A stretch of DNA of 64,000 nucleotides. Source: Nanobdellota archaeon. Lineage in GTDB: Archaea > Nanobdellota > Nanobdellia > Pacearchaeales > GW2011-AR1. The notes under the pieces are model-generated. The model was not told the DNA's origin, ran no database searches, and saw only the letters and a program-made list of their open reading frames with translations. This document shows positions 34,132 to 46,500 of this stretch, piece after piece. A program made the position numbers and the translations under genes. Position 1 is the first letter of the stretch; each line of letters begins with the position of its first letter. The DNA is taken from assembly GCA_027858295.1 (NCBI GenBank), contig JAQICZ010000014.1:1293-65292 (forward strand), written 5' to 3'.

Positions 34132-34552
34132 ATAATAAACAGCCTAAAAATCTTTTTAAACATTGCGAAGTTTCGCACGAATAACCGTACGATGTATTGC
34201 AAAAAAAGAAATGAAGAAACTCACTTTCATAAAAAAAAGCCGCCTACACATCTTACCTTCTTAACCACAAAGTCAGGCAAATCTGCCCTTGCTATTCTCC
34301 AACAGTTCAATCTTTTTTACAATAACTAGTTCCATATAATTCTAGAAACCAATTTAATATTTAGATCGATAACTCCCCCAGATTATGGGGCAATACTTAA
34401 TTCCAATAAGGCTCCATTGAGTGGTTACAGTCGAACAATTCATGCACGCACCACGAGGGATAATTCAAAATGTTTTGGCAACAATTAGGGCGGGTGTGAC
34501 GTGTTTCCAAAATTCGGGACGCGAATAATAATTGCCAAAACTGCTTTCTATT

Positions 34553-34637
34553 TTCTGCCTTCTGCCCTCCTTAATTCACAGTCTACCGTCAACCGTCTAC
34601 GGTTCACAGCCAACGATCTGCCATCAACCCTTCCCTT
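34553..34637. repeat. Heptamer array (about 12 units).
   Basis: ttctgcc ttctgcc ... ttcacag tctaccg tcaaccg tctacgg ttcacag ccaacga tctgcca tcaaccc. Confidence 0.8.
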
Positions 34638-34660
34638 TCACTTCCAAGTTACCCTAAACC

Positions 34661-34668
34661 TTTATTAA
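34661..34668 (+). promoter_or_regulatory. TATA-like box TTTATTAA, 22 nt upstream of the first hairpin of the plus-strand hairpin RNA.
   Basis: The sequence context is CCTTTATTAATC. The paralogous box lies at 12609..12617 on the minus strand. Confidence 0.5.
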
Positions 34669-34689
34669 TCAAAAACTCATAAATTCCTT

Positions 34690-34975
34690 ACTGCCTTCGG
34701 GTAGTTTTTGTCAACTTCGGTTGTCAAAACGAACCAGTCTTCGGACAGGTTCAGAGTTCGACTCACGTCAAACTCAGAGTAACCTTCGGGATACTCAGAA
34801 TTAACTTCGGTTAATTCATTAAGTACCAAAATTTATTTTGGTCACCACAGATCTTCGGATCCAACGGTCAGACCGATCCTTCGGGATCAGTCGAGTTGAA
34901 TTTATTCAACTCAGAATAACTTCGGTTATTCTCGGGGGCAAGATTTTCGGATTTAGCCCCCTAAATTTTTATTTT
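34690..34975 (+). ncRNA. Candidate ncRNA of about 11-12 back-to-back hairpins: 9 capped by UUCG (including the terminal stem) and 2 by UUUA. It ends in the stem GGGGGC...GCCCCC plus a T-rich tract.
   Basis: Stems: 34690..34705, 34706..34729, 34731..34752, 34777..34796, 34798..34817, 34825..34842, 34850..34861, 34871..34892, 34893..34912, 34913..34932 and 34934..34961. Three 8-bp stems are perfect, and the others have at most one mismatch. Confidence 0.65.
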
Positions 34976-35409
34976 ATATAAATATTAATGTTTTATTTTT
35001 ATTATAGGATTTTTAATTCTATTATATATATGCGAACGCCCACGCCGAGCATTAAACCACTACAATATTATCTATCAATAAATCATCAATAAATCAAAAC
35101 TACTCTGCTAATCAGAAACAATCTGTGCACGCACTACGAGGGATAATGAAATTAGTCGTTCTGGGTGGGTGAGCATCTTCTAAAATTTTTTAATAAATAG
35201 AAAGTCCCATTGATTTAAAGAAAGATTTCACGGAGTGCGAATTATCAAAAATTATTAAAGAATTTTTTGCAATAATTACAAAATGACGAAAAGCCATCGG
35301 ATATATTGCGGAGGCCGGGGGAACGAACAGTGTGGGTGAGAATCTTCTGGCGCCCTCAATTAAAACCTTCTTGGCAACACGAAGTTTGAATAGGGAGGGG
35401 CGGCCTTAA

Positions 35410-37374
35410 TTATATTAATTTACCTACCCAACTCAAAACCCTAACCCTAAACAAATTCCACTCGATAAACCTATCCCAAATATTCAATTTAATCTTCTCA
35501 CCATAAATCACAATATTTCTATAAACCTCTTCAGAATTAAAACTATATTTTAAGTCATCACCCTCAATACTAATAGCCATACCAGTCAATAGACTACGCT
35601 TCCCATTTGTATCAGTTCCATAAAATTTCAAATCCTTAACCCCACTATTCTCTAGCTCCTTTTTATTAGCCTTATACTCAAAAGCAAACCTCCCAGAATT
35701 AGAACCCAAATTATTTTCAAATGAATATCCATCAACGAATGTCATCTTCCTATCATACCAATTATTCTTCACATCAAACCCAAAAATATCAAAAGCTCCA
35801 CGACTAGAAAAATTCTTAGAATAAAGAGCACCAGTAAAATTATTCATTTTGCTAATCAAAGGATGCTTATCTGTAACTTTAGATTTATTCTTTGGCAAAT
35901 AATAATATCCGCCTCCGCTACCGCCACTACTCTTTCCAATAGGCTTAACATAATCATATACCGAGATATTCTCTTCATCAATTTTCTCACCTCCAAGTGA
36001 ACTCATAAAAGAAAAATCACCCGCGACAGATGGAACTAAAGAATAACTAAACTCAAGATTATCACCAACAACATCCCAAACAATCACATTATAAGACGAA
36101 CTAGAAATTTCAACTACCCCTCCATCACTCACAGAGTTTATCTCAAATTCGACAGGGATATATTCCCTAAATTCAACAGAAACATTCCTTGAGATATTCC
36201 CCCTTAGTGATATAAAAATCCCTTCTTTATTTTTAATCTTCTTTCCCATATCCCTTGAAAAATTAACCGATTCAACTAAATACATGGATATATCAGTGCT
36301 AAAATTACAAACAGACCAAAAATCATTCACCTTCAAATCAATGCTAGCAACTGATAACTGAGTACTTAGAACTGTATCTCCAGCTCCCAACTCCCAGCTC
36401 CCAGCTCCGAAGGAACAACTGTTTAGTTTAGTCTTTGGCTTAATCAAATAACTATAATTAAAATCTGTTGAACCATTTTCTTTCCACTCAATTGAATAAT
36501 AACCGTCTTCTTCATAAACTCGTCCGCCATTACTAACATTAAACACCTCATATTCATTTGCAACAAAATCAACAACAGGGACATTTTTGTCAGACCTATT
36601 ACCATAAAAATCTACAGTCAACTGTTCACCATCAACTGTTAACTGTTTTTCATAATCTACCCACTCTCCATTCGCAAAATAATCCTGTGGAATACTACCC
36701 TTCTTCTCCCTAATTCCAGTATGACAATCTGTAACAATCTCCAATTCATTCAAGCCAAAACTTCCGTTAAGAAAATCATCATAATCACATCCATCCCAAC
36801 AGAACTGTTTACTCGTACTATTTTGAACAATAAAAGAATCACACCCATCATAAACATTTAACTGCAAATTAACCTTTGACAACTTTGAGACATACAATTC
36901 CTGGTTTGGTTTACCCACCTGAACAACTTCACGAAATTCCATTTTATAAAAAATATCACAATCAGAACAACTGTAATCTTTATTATTTACAGCAGCCAAA
37001 TTCATATCCACAGGCCCACCCGCAAAACCATTCTCAAAATCCAAAATCTCTGCACGAACAATCGCATCGTCTTTAAATTTTGGCCTATCATTCAATGGAA
37101 CATTTACAAAAGAATATTTATTCTCATCAGGACTAACTAAAACTTCTCGATAACTTCCCACATCATTCATATCATAAACAAAAACATTCTGCCAAGCAGG
37201 ACTAACTGTTTCTCTGCTCGAAGACACAACAACCCCACCAATAACTTGAGCAGAGACTAACCCAATTAACATTACAAACAATACACTGTAAACCGTAAAT
37301 CTTAAACCATAAACAGACTTTCTTTTTCTCCCCATTAATCTTTCTCTCATCTTCGCTTTATTTTCTTTTCTCAT
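35410..37374 (-). CDS. Secreted or membrane-anchored beta-rich protein, 654 aa, function unknown.
   Basis: N-terminal anchor FTVYSVLFVMLIGLVSAQV and an SSGGSGGGYYY linker. It lies immediately downstream of the 6119-aa gene on the same strand. Confidence 0.7.
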   Translation of the reverse strand: MRKENKAKMRERLMGRKRKSVYGLRFTVYSVLFVMLIGLVSAQVIGGVVVSSSRETVSPAWQNVFVYDMNDVGSYREVLVSPDENKYSFVNVPLNDRPKFKDDAIVRAEILDFENGFAGGPVDMNLAAVNNKDYSCSDCDIFYKMEFREVVQVGKPNQELYVSKLSKVNLQLNVYDGCDSFIVQNSTSKQFCWDGCDYDDFLNGSFGLNELEIVTDCHTGIREKKGSIPQDYFANGEWVDYEKQLTVDGEQLTVDFYGNRSDKNVPVVDFVANEYEVFNVSNGGRVYEEDGYYSIEWKENGSTDFNYSYLIKPKTKLNSCSFGAGSWELGAGDTVLSTQLSVASIDLKVNDFWSVCNFSTDISMYLVESVNFSRDMGKKIKNKEGIFISLRGNISRNVSVEFREYIPVEFEINSVSDGGVVEISSSSYNVIVWDVVGDNLEFSYSLVPSVAGDFSFMSSLGGEKIDEENISVYDYVKPIGKSSGGSGGGYYYLPKNKSKVTDKHPLISKMNNFTGALYSKNFSSRGAFDIFGFDVKNNWYDRKMTFVDGYSFENNLGSNSGRFAFEYKANKKELENSGVKDLKFYGTDTNGKRSLLTGMAISIEGDDLKYSFNSEEVYRNIVIYGEKIKLNIWDRFIEWNLFRVRVLSWVGKLI

Positions 37375-37526
37375 TTTTTATTCTCTGCCTTTGCCATCTC
37401 TGCGCCACCCCTGCCACGTTTTGTTTTTATTTTTAGGCTAGTTTGGATTTTAAAAATTTCAATAAATCGTCTGATTATCGAAATTTTTAACAATTCAAAA
37501 TAGTCAAAAAGAAAGACAAAACCAAA

Positions 37527-40500
37527 TCATTGCTGTAGCCATGCATAATCCTCAGTCATGCTAACCTCAAACCCTTCCTCCATATTTACTTCAAAATTCC
37601 GACCTATACACGGTCCAAAAGGGTAACAAATCTGCCCTAGACTATCCTGAGACGCACTATCCCATCCACTAATTGCATCTTCAAAATCAATAGACGCTCT
37701 CAATTCACTTGCGCTAGTAATTACTGTAGAAGCAGTCATCCCAATCCAATTTTTATTAAATCTTGTTCCACTTTCATCATAAACCAAATCAACCCATACC
37801 GGACTATTGACAATCCCAACACCAGACCAGTTAATACTCACAGGACCAGAAGTATTCATAATAACCTCATACCCTTCACCAGCTTTCAAATCAAAATTAC
37901 AAGCTGTATCAGTACAACTAAAACTCTCCGGACAACTAAACTCGTTACAGCTAACTTGCTTCTGAGTTGCTGTGTCTAGTCTAGAAATAGAAGTAATCCC
38001 AGTAATCTTACCCAAACTTTCATTAGCATTAGAGATACTAGTAAAATTTGTAGGGAACGATATCCAATTCCGATTCGTAATGCTCCCTACCGGGCTAACT
38101 ACATTATGGTTCAGTGTATAAACATGTGCTCCATATGTTTCAGTACTAATATTAGCACTTGAAGGGTTCCAAGCTTCAACCTTATAGAATCTTCTTCTCT
38201 GGCCTACAAATGTTGTATCTGTATAATTTGTATTCGCAGTCTCAGCAATCATGCTCAAAGCCCCCATATCGCTTCCAGCATAAATACGATAAGTCAATGC
38301 GTCAACACTAGCATTCCAATCAATAAAAATATCTCCAGTCCCGTTATTTGCACTTTGGGTTATATTCGTAAATGCTGGCCTTGTCGGAGGTAAGAATGCT
38401 CCAAATGTATTATTTGCCGTCATACCCAAATTTCCATAAATATCATAACATTCAACAGTCCAATTATAAAATCCGCCAACTCCAACATTTACACTAGCAA
38501 AATCAACTTCATAATAAACAGTTTGATTCAAATGCCAACCGCCATTCCACGAACCATAAAGCGAGCAATTACTCATAGAACTTTCATCTGCAAAACTATA
38601 ACCAAATGACGGGATAAAATAAGTTGAAAAATTATAACTATTCGTAGGACTCGTTAGCTCAACAGCAGGAGCATTCAAATCACGCATCTCAACTGCAAAC
38701 CACGTACTCATTCCAGCCCCCGCATTTGCCCCTTTCTGCAAAGCCAAAGTATTATTATTCTTTATCTTCTGTGTCAAAGATGAAGTCGAATAATCCGTAG
38801 CAGAACCATCATTATAATGAGAATTTAAATTAAATGCACGCGAACTATTAATCAGATCACTACCCAACGAAACATCTTGCTCTGCAGTAGAAACTAAATG
38901 CGCATAATCTCCACTCTGAACATCAAATAAATCAGATTCCAAAACAAAATAATTAATACTAACATTTCCTGCCGTCCCAACCCTCTCAAAGCTAATATTG
39001 TTATTAGTTTCAAATCCTCCACGAATCATAGAACTATCAACAACATTTGAGCCATTAATGTTATTTGAAAATACCAAGAAGGACTTCGTTAAATCAACAC
39101 CATTAATAATTGCATTATTCACACTATTTCCAACACCAAGTTCCAGACTTCCAGATTGCACGGAGATGTCTGCCCAATCAACAACTTGGAAAGAAAGTTC
39201 TCCCGAGGACCCATTAACCCCTCTACTGAACCGAATAGTAGTATCATCCAAAAATTCTGCAGAAAACATTCCATCAATGTTCTGGGCAGATCGCGGAGAA
39301 TTAACTCGAGAATTTACAATAATAAAACTACTTGATAAATTCACAGCATTAATTGAGGTATCGATATAACTCTCCGAACCGAAATCCAATTCTCCACGCT
39401 GCACACTAATATTAGGACCGACTACTAAATTCCACTCAACAAAAACAGGCTCTCCACTAATATAATTTTCAAAAGCAATTGTATTCACATCCAAAAATTT
39501 AGAAAGAACATTCAATGTATCAGCTCCCTTATCTCCTCCACGAGCCGTATGTAAAATAAACGACTTGCTCATATCAATCTGATCAACTGCTTCTTCCTGA
39601 TAACCGTCAACATATGATGTTCCACTAATTACTCTATATGTTGGAGTAAAAATCAAACTTGAATTAACAAAAAAAGTTGCACTTGTATTATTCAGATATC
39701 CCATAGTATCGTTAGCATATAATTCAAGCGTATGAGATGAAAAATCATCCACATTAATCGAAGTATCGAAACAATTTGGAAGAGTAATATTCACTTCGCC
39801 ATCAAGATTATACCAACACTTATCTAAATGAACATCAATGGCATCATAACTAATTCTAATCCCATTTGCGTAACTATAATTTGTACTTTGTGGGCTCTCC
39901 AGAATAAGCCTCGGGTTCGTAACATCAATCAAACTAATATTCCTAGTTACAACAGAACGAACATTCCCCGCAAAATCATAAGCACTCACATTATATTGAT
40001 AAGTCTTATTTTCACTTGATGCTGTAAAATTTATAGAAGTCACAGGAGTATTATAAACAGTTTCATTTACTAAACCGTTTCCATCATAAAGCCCATACCT
40101 TATTTCTTTAAAATTATTTTCTAAGATTGCAGTCTCTACAAAAATCCAATCACGCTCAACCACATATCCATCAGCTTCAGTATTAACAGTATAACTCAGA
40201 ACTGGCAAAGTAGTATCTAAATTAATTCTTCTCGTATTCAAGCTCACACCATGACCCGCCTTATCATAAACAGTTACATTATAATAATAACTTCCATCAA
40301 CCAGCCCAGTCCAATTAATCTCTCGTGTTCCATTTGAGAATGTCTGACTAGTAATAATTGATGTATCATTACTTAAAATAAAAGTCATATTCGCGAAATT
40401 CGTATCCACAACTGTTGTGTTAACATAAACCCAACTCTCACTTTTATTCGCAGAATCAACTTCTACCCCACCAGCATAATTAACAACCGGCAACAATGTA

Positions 40501-43500
40501 TCAAGCGTAATATTTCTCGTCTCACTCGAATTAACATTTCCTGCCTTATCCCAAACAGTAACATTATATAAATATTCGTCATTAGGCAAAAGCGTCCAAT
40601 TAATATCTCTTTTAGAATTTGAGAATGAATTGATTGATACTGAATTCGCTGAACTATCAAATAAATTAAATGTAATATTATTATAATTTATTTCATTAAC
40701 AGTTGTATTCAAATAAATGAAATCCTGAGACATGTACACTCCACTATTTTCCGTAGGATTCACAAATGTAACCACTGGTAAAGTTGTATCAATTGTTATT
40801 GAATTATTAGTCGTATTATATAAATTAGCAACAGAATCTTCTGCCTGATAAAACCAGTCGTAAATCCCATCAACCAAGAAATCATAAACAACTCCAACAG
40901 TCGCACTCAAAGTTCCACCTAACGAAATAGGAGAACTGTAAACAAAGCCTGTCGAGTTGAAAATATATAACATCACTCCCGCAAGGCCATTCTCATCAGC
41001 AAAATTACCTGTCAAATTCTGATTTGCATTATTCGTAATTACCCCACTATCTGGAGAACTCAAACTACCTGTAGGAGCCTTTGTGTCAAGCATAATTTTT
41101 CTAGTAGGAGAATAATCACTCCTGTCCGCCTTATCATAAACCGTCATATTATAATAATAAGTTCCATCCGCTAAATTTGTAAAAGTATAATCTCGAGTCG
41201 AATCATTAAAAAACTTACTCGTAACCTCGATCCTAGACTCATCGAACAATCTAAAAGTTATATTCTTATAATTATTTTCAACAATAGAAGAATTTACATA
41301 AATAAAATTCTGACTAATATTTATATTATCAACTAGTGTATTCAAACCAAAATCAACAACAGGATTAGTAACATCAAAAGTAATTGAATAATTACTAACT
41401 GCCCAAGTATAATATCCTTTTGTATCATTACATTCGACATTCCAATAGTGAGTTCCCTCCTCACTCAAATTCAAATAAAATAGAGGTGAAACAAATGTCT
41501 CTTCACTCCCTGCCAAATAAGTTGGCTCGACTAAAAGAAGTTGACGAACTTTAATAAAATCCCAATAAGCAGTAATAAAATCAGTCGTCGTATGTGATGT
41601 CGATGAAAAGCCTATTTCAACTGGATCCGTGACCCCTATATCTTGATTTACTCCCAACTGATTCCAAGTATCACCACCATCAACTGAATAATAACTGGAT
41701 ATTATTGAACCCGATTTTATTAATCTAAATAATGTTGGGCCAGAAGTTGCAGCACCTATAACATTTCCTGCATAATTCCACTGAAATCCCATTCCATTTC
41801 CCATTGTGTCACCAACCATGGCATAATTAGTGCCTTGGGTTGCTGCATCTTTAACAATTAGTGATGCTTTTCCCCATGCGTTTGTAGCCCAAGTGGTCGA
41901 AGACAATTCTGCTTCCGCAATAAAATCTCCATTTAAAGGTTGAGAAACAAGTCTCTGGTCATCCTCTGCTCCCCAAATATCTGCACCTTGACCTGAAACT
42001 GCTAAAAGCCCACCTGCCTCAGTAGTACTACCTACACCAGTTTGAATATTATAACTAGTCCATTCATTTGAAATTGTTCCATCATTAAAATCATCATAAA
42101 CAGAAAATACATTACTTTCATTCTGTGGTGGGTTTGTAGCAGTAGGATTATTATAATAAACATAATAATTACCATCACTTCCAAACCCAGCAATACTTGC
42201 TTGTATACTAAACCAAATTTCCGTATTTACATTATTAAATGCCGTTTCATTATGTCTATCCAATTCTAGAGAAGTGCTCCCTTCCACATAAACAATTCTC
42301 ACATCCTCACCATTTGTTTTAAAATCACTTCCAGTTGTATCCATTGTTAGCATCATACTATAACCTTTATTAATAACGACAGAGTCTAAATTGGTAATAT
42401 TTATCATTTTTCTTTTAGAATATCCAGAATTCCACCAACCAACATCGGTTGTTTGATTCAAATGCCACCCGCCATTCCAATCACCATATAATGAGCAGGC
42501 GACTGCTCCATCTGGATCTTCAGCCGTATAGTTAAAAACGACAGATTGCGCTGAAGAATAAAAAACATTATCCGCTGGCTTCAACAATTGAATTGCAGGT
42601 CCCGTTGTCGAAATCAAAAATGTAACATTTTCATAATTCATATTTCCAAGTGTATCATTTGCATAAAAATGTAAAGTATGCTGCCCATCACTTGTGTTGA
42701 AATTTGACGGACCGGAACAACTCACAGTTGTATTCACACCATTATCTAAATTATACCAACAAACATCATTGCCAACAATTGCATCCGTAACAACATAGTC
42801 AAGTGGCAAGCTCAAGTTATATCCATATGCTTTTGCCTTTGGATTAATCAAACTAATTACCGGACCAACATAATCAAGCCCACTCTTTCTCAAAGTTGTA
42901 TTTCCAACCACTCCTGCCTTGTCAGAGACACTAATATTATAATAATAAACAGCGGACGCAAGTCCTGTAAAATTAAAATCTCTAGTTGTATTTGTGAATG
43001 TCTTGCTGGAAACTTCACTCATCAATCTATCAAACAATCTAAATGTAATATTATTAAAATTACCCTCAACAACACTAGCATTCACATAAATCCAGTTGTC
43101 AGTATTATTAATTCCATCCGCCAAAGTTCCAACCCCAAAATCAACTATAGGCGCGACATTATCCAAAACCAGAACCCGAGTCAAAGTACTAGCTTTGTTT
43201 CCTGCCTTATCATAGGTAGTTGCATTATAATAATAAGTTCCATCAGATAGACTAGTCCAATTATATTCACGAGTCGTGTCAGAAAAGCTCTGACTACTAA
43301 CAATTGAAGACTCATTACTCAGCGTAAGAGTAACATTTTTAAAATTACTTTCAACAAGATTCACATTAAAATACACCCAATCGCGAGCAAAACTAGTATC
43401 ATTATTCTCTGTTCCAAAAGCATATGTAATCACAGGCAAAGTATTATCCAAAATAATTGAACGAGTTGAGGTAGAAGTTTTATGACTCACTTTATCAACA

Positions 43501-46500
43501 ACAGTTACATTATAATAATAAGTCCCCTCTGAGAGTAAATTCCAAGAAATACTCCTTCGCCCATCACTAAAAGTATTTTTCTTCACATTAAATCCAGTTG
43601 CATTATACAAATTAAAAGTTATATTCGCTTCATTTGCTTCAGTCACCACTGTGTCAACATACACAGTATCTCCCGCCCCATATGCCCCATCAACTTTAGT
43701 TCCCGCACCAAAATCAACAACAGGGTTCAAATTATCAAATGTAATATTTCTAGTCTCCGTTGTGTTAGAATTCCCAGCCAAATCATAAGCCGTAACATTA
43801 TATTCATAAAATCCATCTGGAAGAAGTGCCCAATCAATTTCTTTTGTGCCATCATTGAAAGAGTTTTCAAATAACAATCCTAAACTATCATACAGCCTAA
43901 AAGTTAAATTATCAAAATATATTTCATTATATGTTACATTAACGTAAACATTTTCTCTTCCAAATACAAGACCCGAATTTTCAACACCCAAAGAATAATC
44001 AATTAATGGCTTCGTTGTGTCCACAGTTAAAGTATTATTAGCTGTATTGTAAACATTCCCCACATTATCCTCAACCTTATAAAACCAAGAATAAATTCCT
44101 TCTTTCAAAAAAGTAAAAACAAGCCCTACAGTAGCACTGGTTGCCCCCAGAAGATTTTGATATGAAGTATAAATTAAACTCCCTGTTTCGTTAAACACAT
44201 ACAACGTTGCATTCAAAAGGCCTGTTGAATCTGCGAATGCCCCTGTCAAATTCTGTAAAAGATTATTCACATAACCTCCATTAACAGGAGAAGCCAAAAT
44301 TCCCGTTGGCGGAGACAGATCTAAATTAATATATCTAGTTTGTGAATATCCAAAATGCTCAGCTCTATCATATACAGTAATATTATATCGATAATCCCCA
44401 CTCGAAAGTCCCGTAAAGTTAACTACCCTAGTATTGTCCGTAAACTGTCTACTGTCAACTGTCAACCCATTTTCGTCGTACAACGAAAATGTAATGTTCT
44501 TAAAATTATTCTCGATAACATTCGCATCAAAAGAAACCCAATCTTTCCCGACAATTGAATTATTTACTTTAGTGCCCGCTCCAAATAAAACAACTGGACT
44601 GGTAACATCCATAATAAAAATATAATTGTCAAGCCCAAAAGAAGAATAACCAATTGTGTCATTACATTTTACATTCCAGCTATAAGCGCCTTCGCTACTA
44701 ATACCAACAGAAAATGCTATAAATGTTTCTTCAGATAAAAAGGTTGTAGTATCTGCAGAATTTGCAACCTGCTGATAACTCTGATTAATCCAGTCTCCAC
44801 TTCTATCAATTGAAGAAACTTTAATCTCATCTAAAGAACCAATCAATCCATGGGCCGTATTATCATTAAAGACTGGGTTTGCCGAATTTGCCGAACCAAT
44901 TCTCGCGTCATCAGTTCCAGACAAACCATCTCCCTGAGTTGCAGAATTAGAAAGTTCACCATCAACATATAAAAATTGAACAGATCCAGTATGCCCACCA
45001 CAAACATAATGCCAACTATTATCTGAATATGAAGTTCCACTATCCAAGAAATTCGCCACACCATTATACATCTCTGCATATCTAAATTCACCAGTCGAAG
45101 TCACTCCCATTCCAGTACCATCTGTCAAACCCCCATCTTCAAGAATGGTCCCAAAATGTCCCACAGAAAATTTTGCCCAAGTACAATATGTGTGCGCCCC
45201 ATCAACATTCCACTCCGGATTCGTACCCAGATAATCAGACCCATCAAAATAATCAGCTCCACCAACAACCCCTGCAATATTCATATTAGAATCTGGAGTA
45301 ATCCCATCTTCGGCGTCCCAATTACCAAGAGAATCATAAGCCACTCCACTTGTCTGGTCTAAGTGATAAACACTTGTATAGGCCGAGGACCAAACACTCA
45401 AAGCATCTTCATCACTCTCAGCATCAGAATTCCCATAATACATACAAATTGTATTTTCTCCTACTCCAAAACTTGAAATCTTTACCCAAATATTTCCATT
45501 GCTCTCACTATAATCTTCAATCTCATAACTCAAAGCAGCTCCTGCAGAGTCACAAGTTCCACTAAAAAATCTCAAATCATTATAATCACCAGAAGTTGTA
45601 TGATCTGAGCTAATATTCAAATAAGCTGGAAAATCTGTAAGAGTTGAAGCCCCTATATTTGTAAGAACAACTTCTTGACGATGAGAGTACCCGACATCAA
45701 ACCAATCTCCAGAATAAACTTGCTTCTCATTCCAAGCTCCAGCCCAATCACCATAAAGAGAACATGTGTCCACCGAGTCTGGGTCATTGGCTACAAAACT
45801 AAAATTAATATCTTGCGCGCTTCCATAAAAAGTATCATTTGCTGGTGCTAAAAGTTCTACTGCAGGCCCCGTAACTGAGATGAAGAAAGATACTGAATCA
45901 AAACCTAAATTACCAAAAGTATCATTTGCATAAAAATTAATTGTATGGGGAGCCACACTTGCATCAAAAATTGTTGCTGTATTACAAACGATTGTCTGAT
46001 TCGTTCCACCATCAAGATTCCACCAACAGGCATCCACACTACTAACAGTATCACTAACCGTATGCTCTAAAGGAAGACTTGTATTGTATCCATAAGTCTT
46101 TGACTTCGGCTTAATCAAATTCACGATTGGCCCAGAGCCATCAAGACCAATACTTCTAGTACTTGTATTCGCAACATTCCCCGCCCAATCCGAAACTGTT
46201 ACATTATATTTGTAGTTCCCATCTGATACACTTGTAAAATTATATCCTCTTGTTGAGTCAGTAAAAACAGCCTCATCATTAAAACCATCAGAATCATAAA
46301 GGCTAAATTTAATTTCCTTAAATGAAGCTTCAACAACACTTGTATTTACATAAATCCAATCTCTGTTTCTAACCACTAAATCACTTTCAGTTGGAGAAAC
46401 AAAATTAACAACAGGCTTAACCGTATCTAAACTTATCTTTCTCGTTGTTGTATCCCCCTTCTGGCCCGCCAAATCATAAACTGTTACATTATAATAATAA

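Noticed and set aside
34084-34329. 81-aa plus-strand ORF.
   Set aside because: It begins inside the conserved upstream module read on the wrong strand. It is basic and low-complexity with no recognisable features.
34690-34961. CRISPR array interpretation of the hairpin array and of the heptamer arrays.
   Set aside because: There is no constant 24-40-nt direct repeat separated by unique spacers. The hairpin units differ in stem sequence and abut one another. The heptamers are 7-nt tandem units. No cas genes are in the window.
38998-39369. Plus-strand ORFs inside the giant genes, for example 38998..39369, 55330..55920, 31407..31921, 32061..32318 and 45156..45565. The same applies to short ORFs antisense to other long CDSs (790..996, 2153..2398, 4777..5199, 7897..8166, 9086..9415, 10817..11722, 56051..56389, 57918..58214, 61476..61802, 63449..63960).
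   Set aside because: They are antisense to long, domain-rich ORFs. They have skewed composition (Ser/Ile/Asn/Pro-rich) typical of shadow ORFs in AT-rich DNA, and no motifs.
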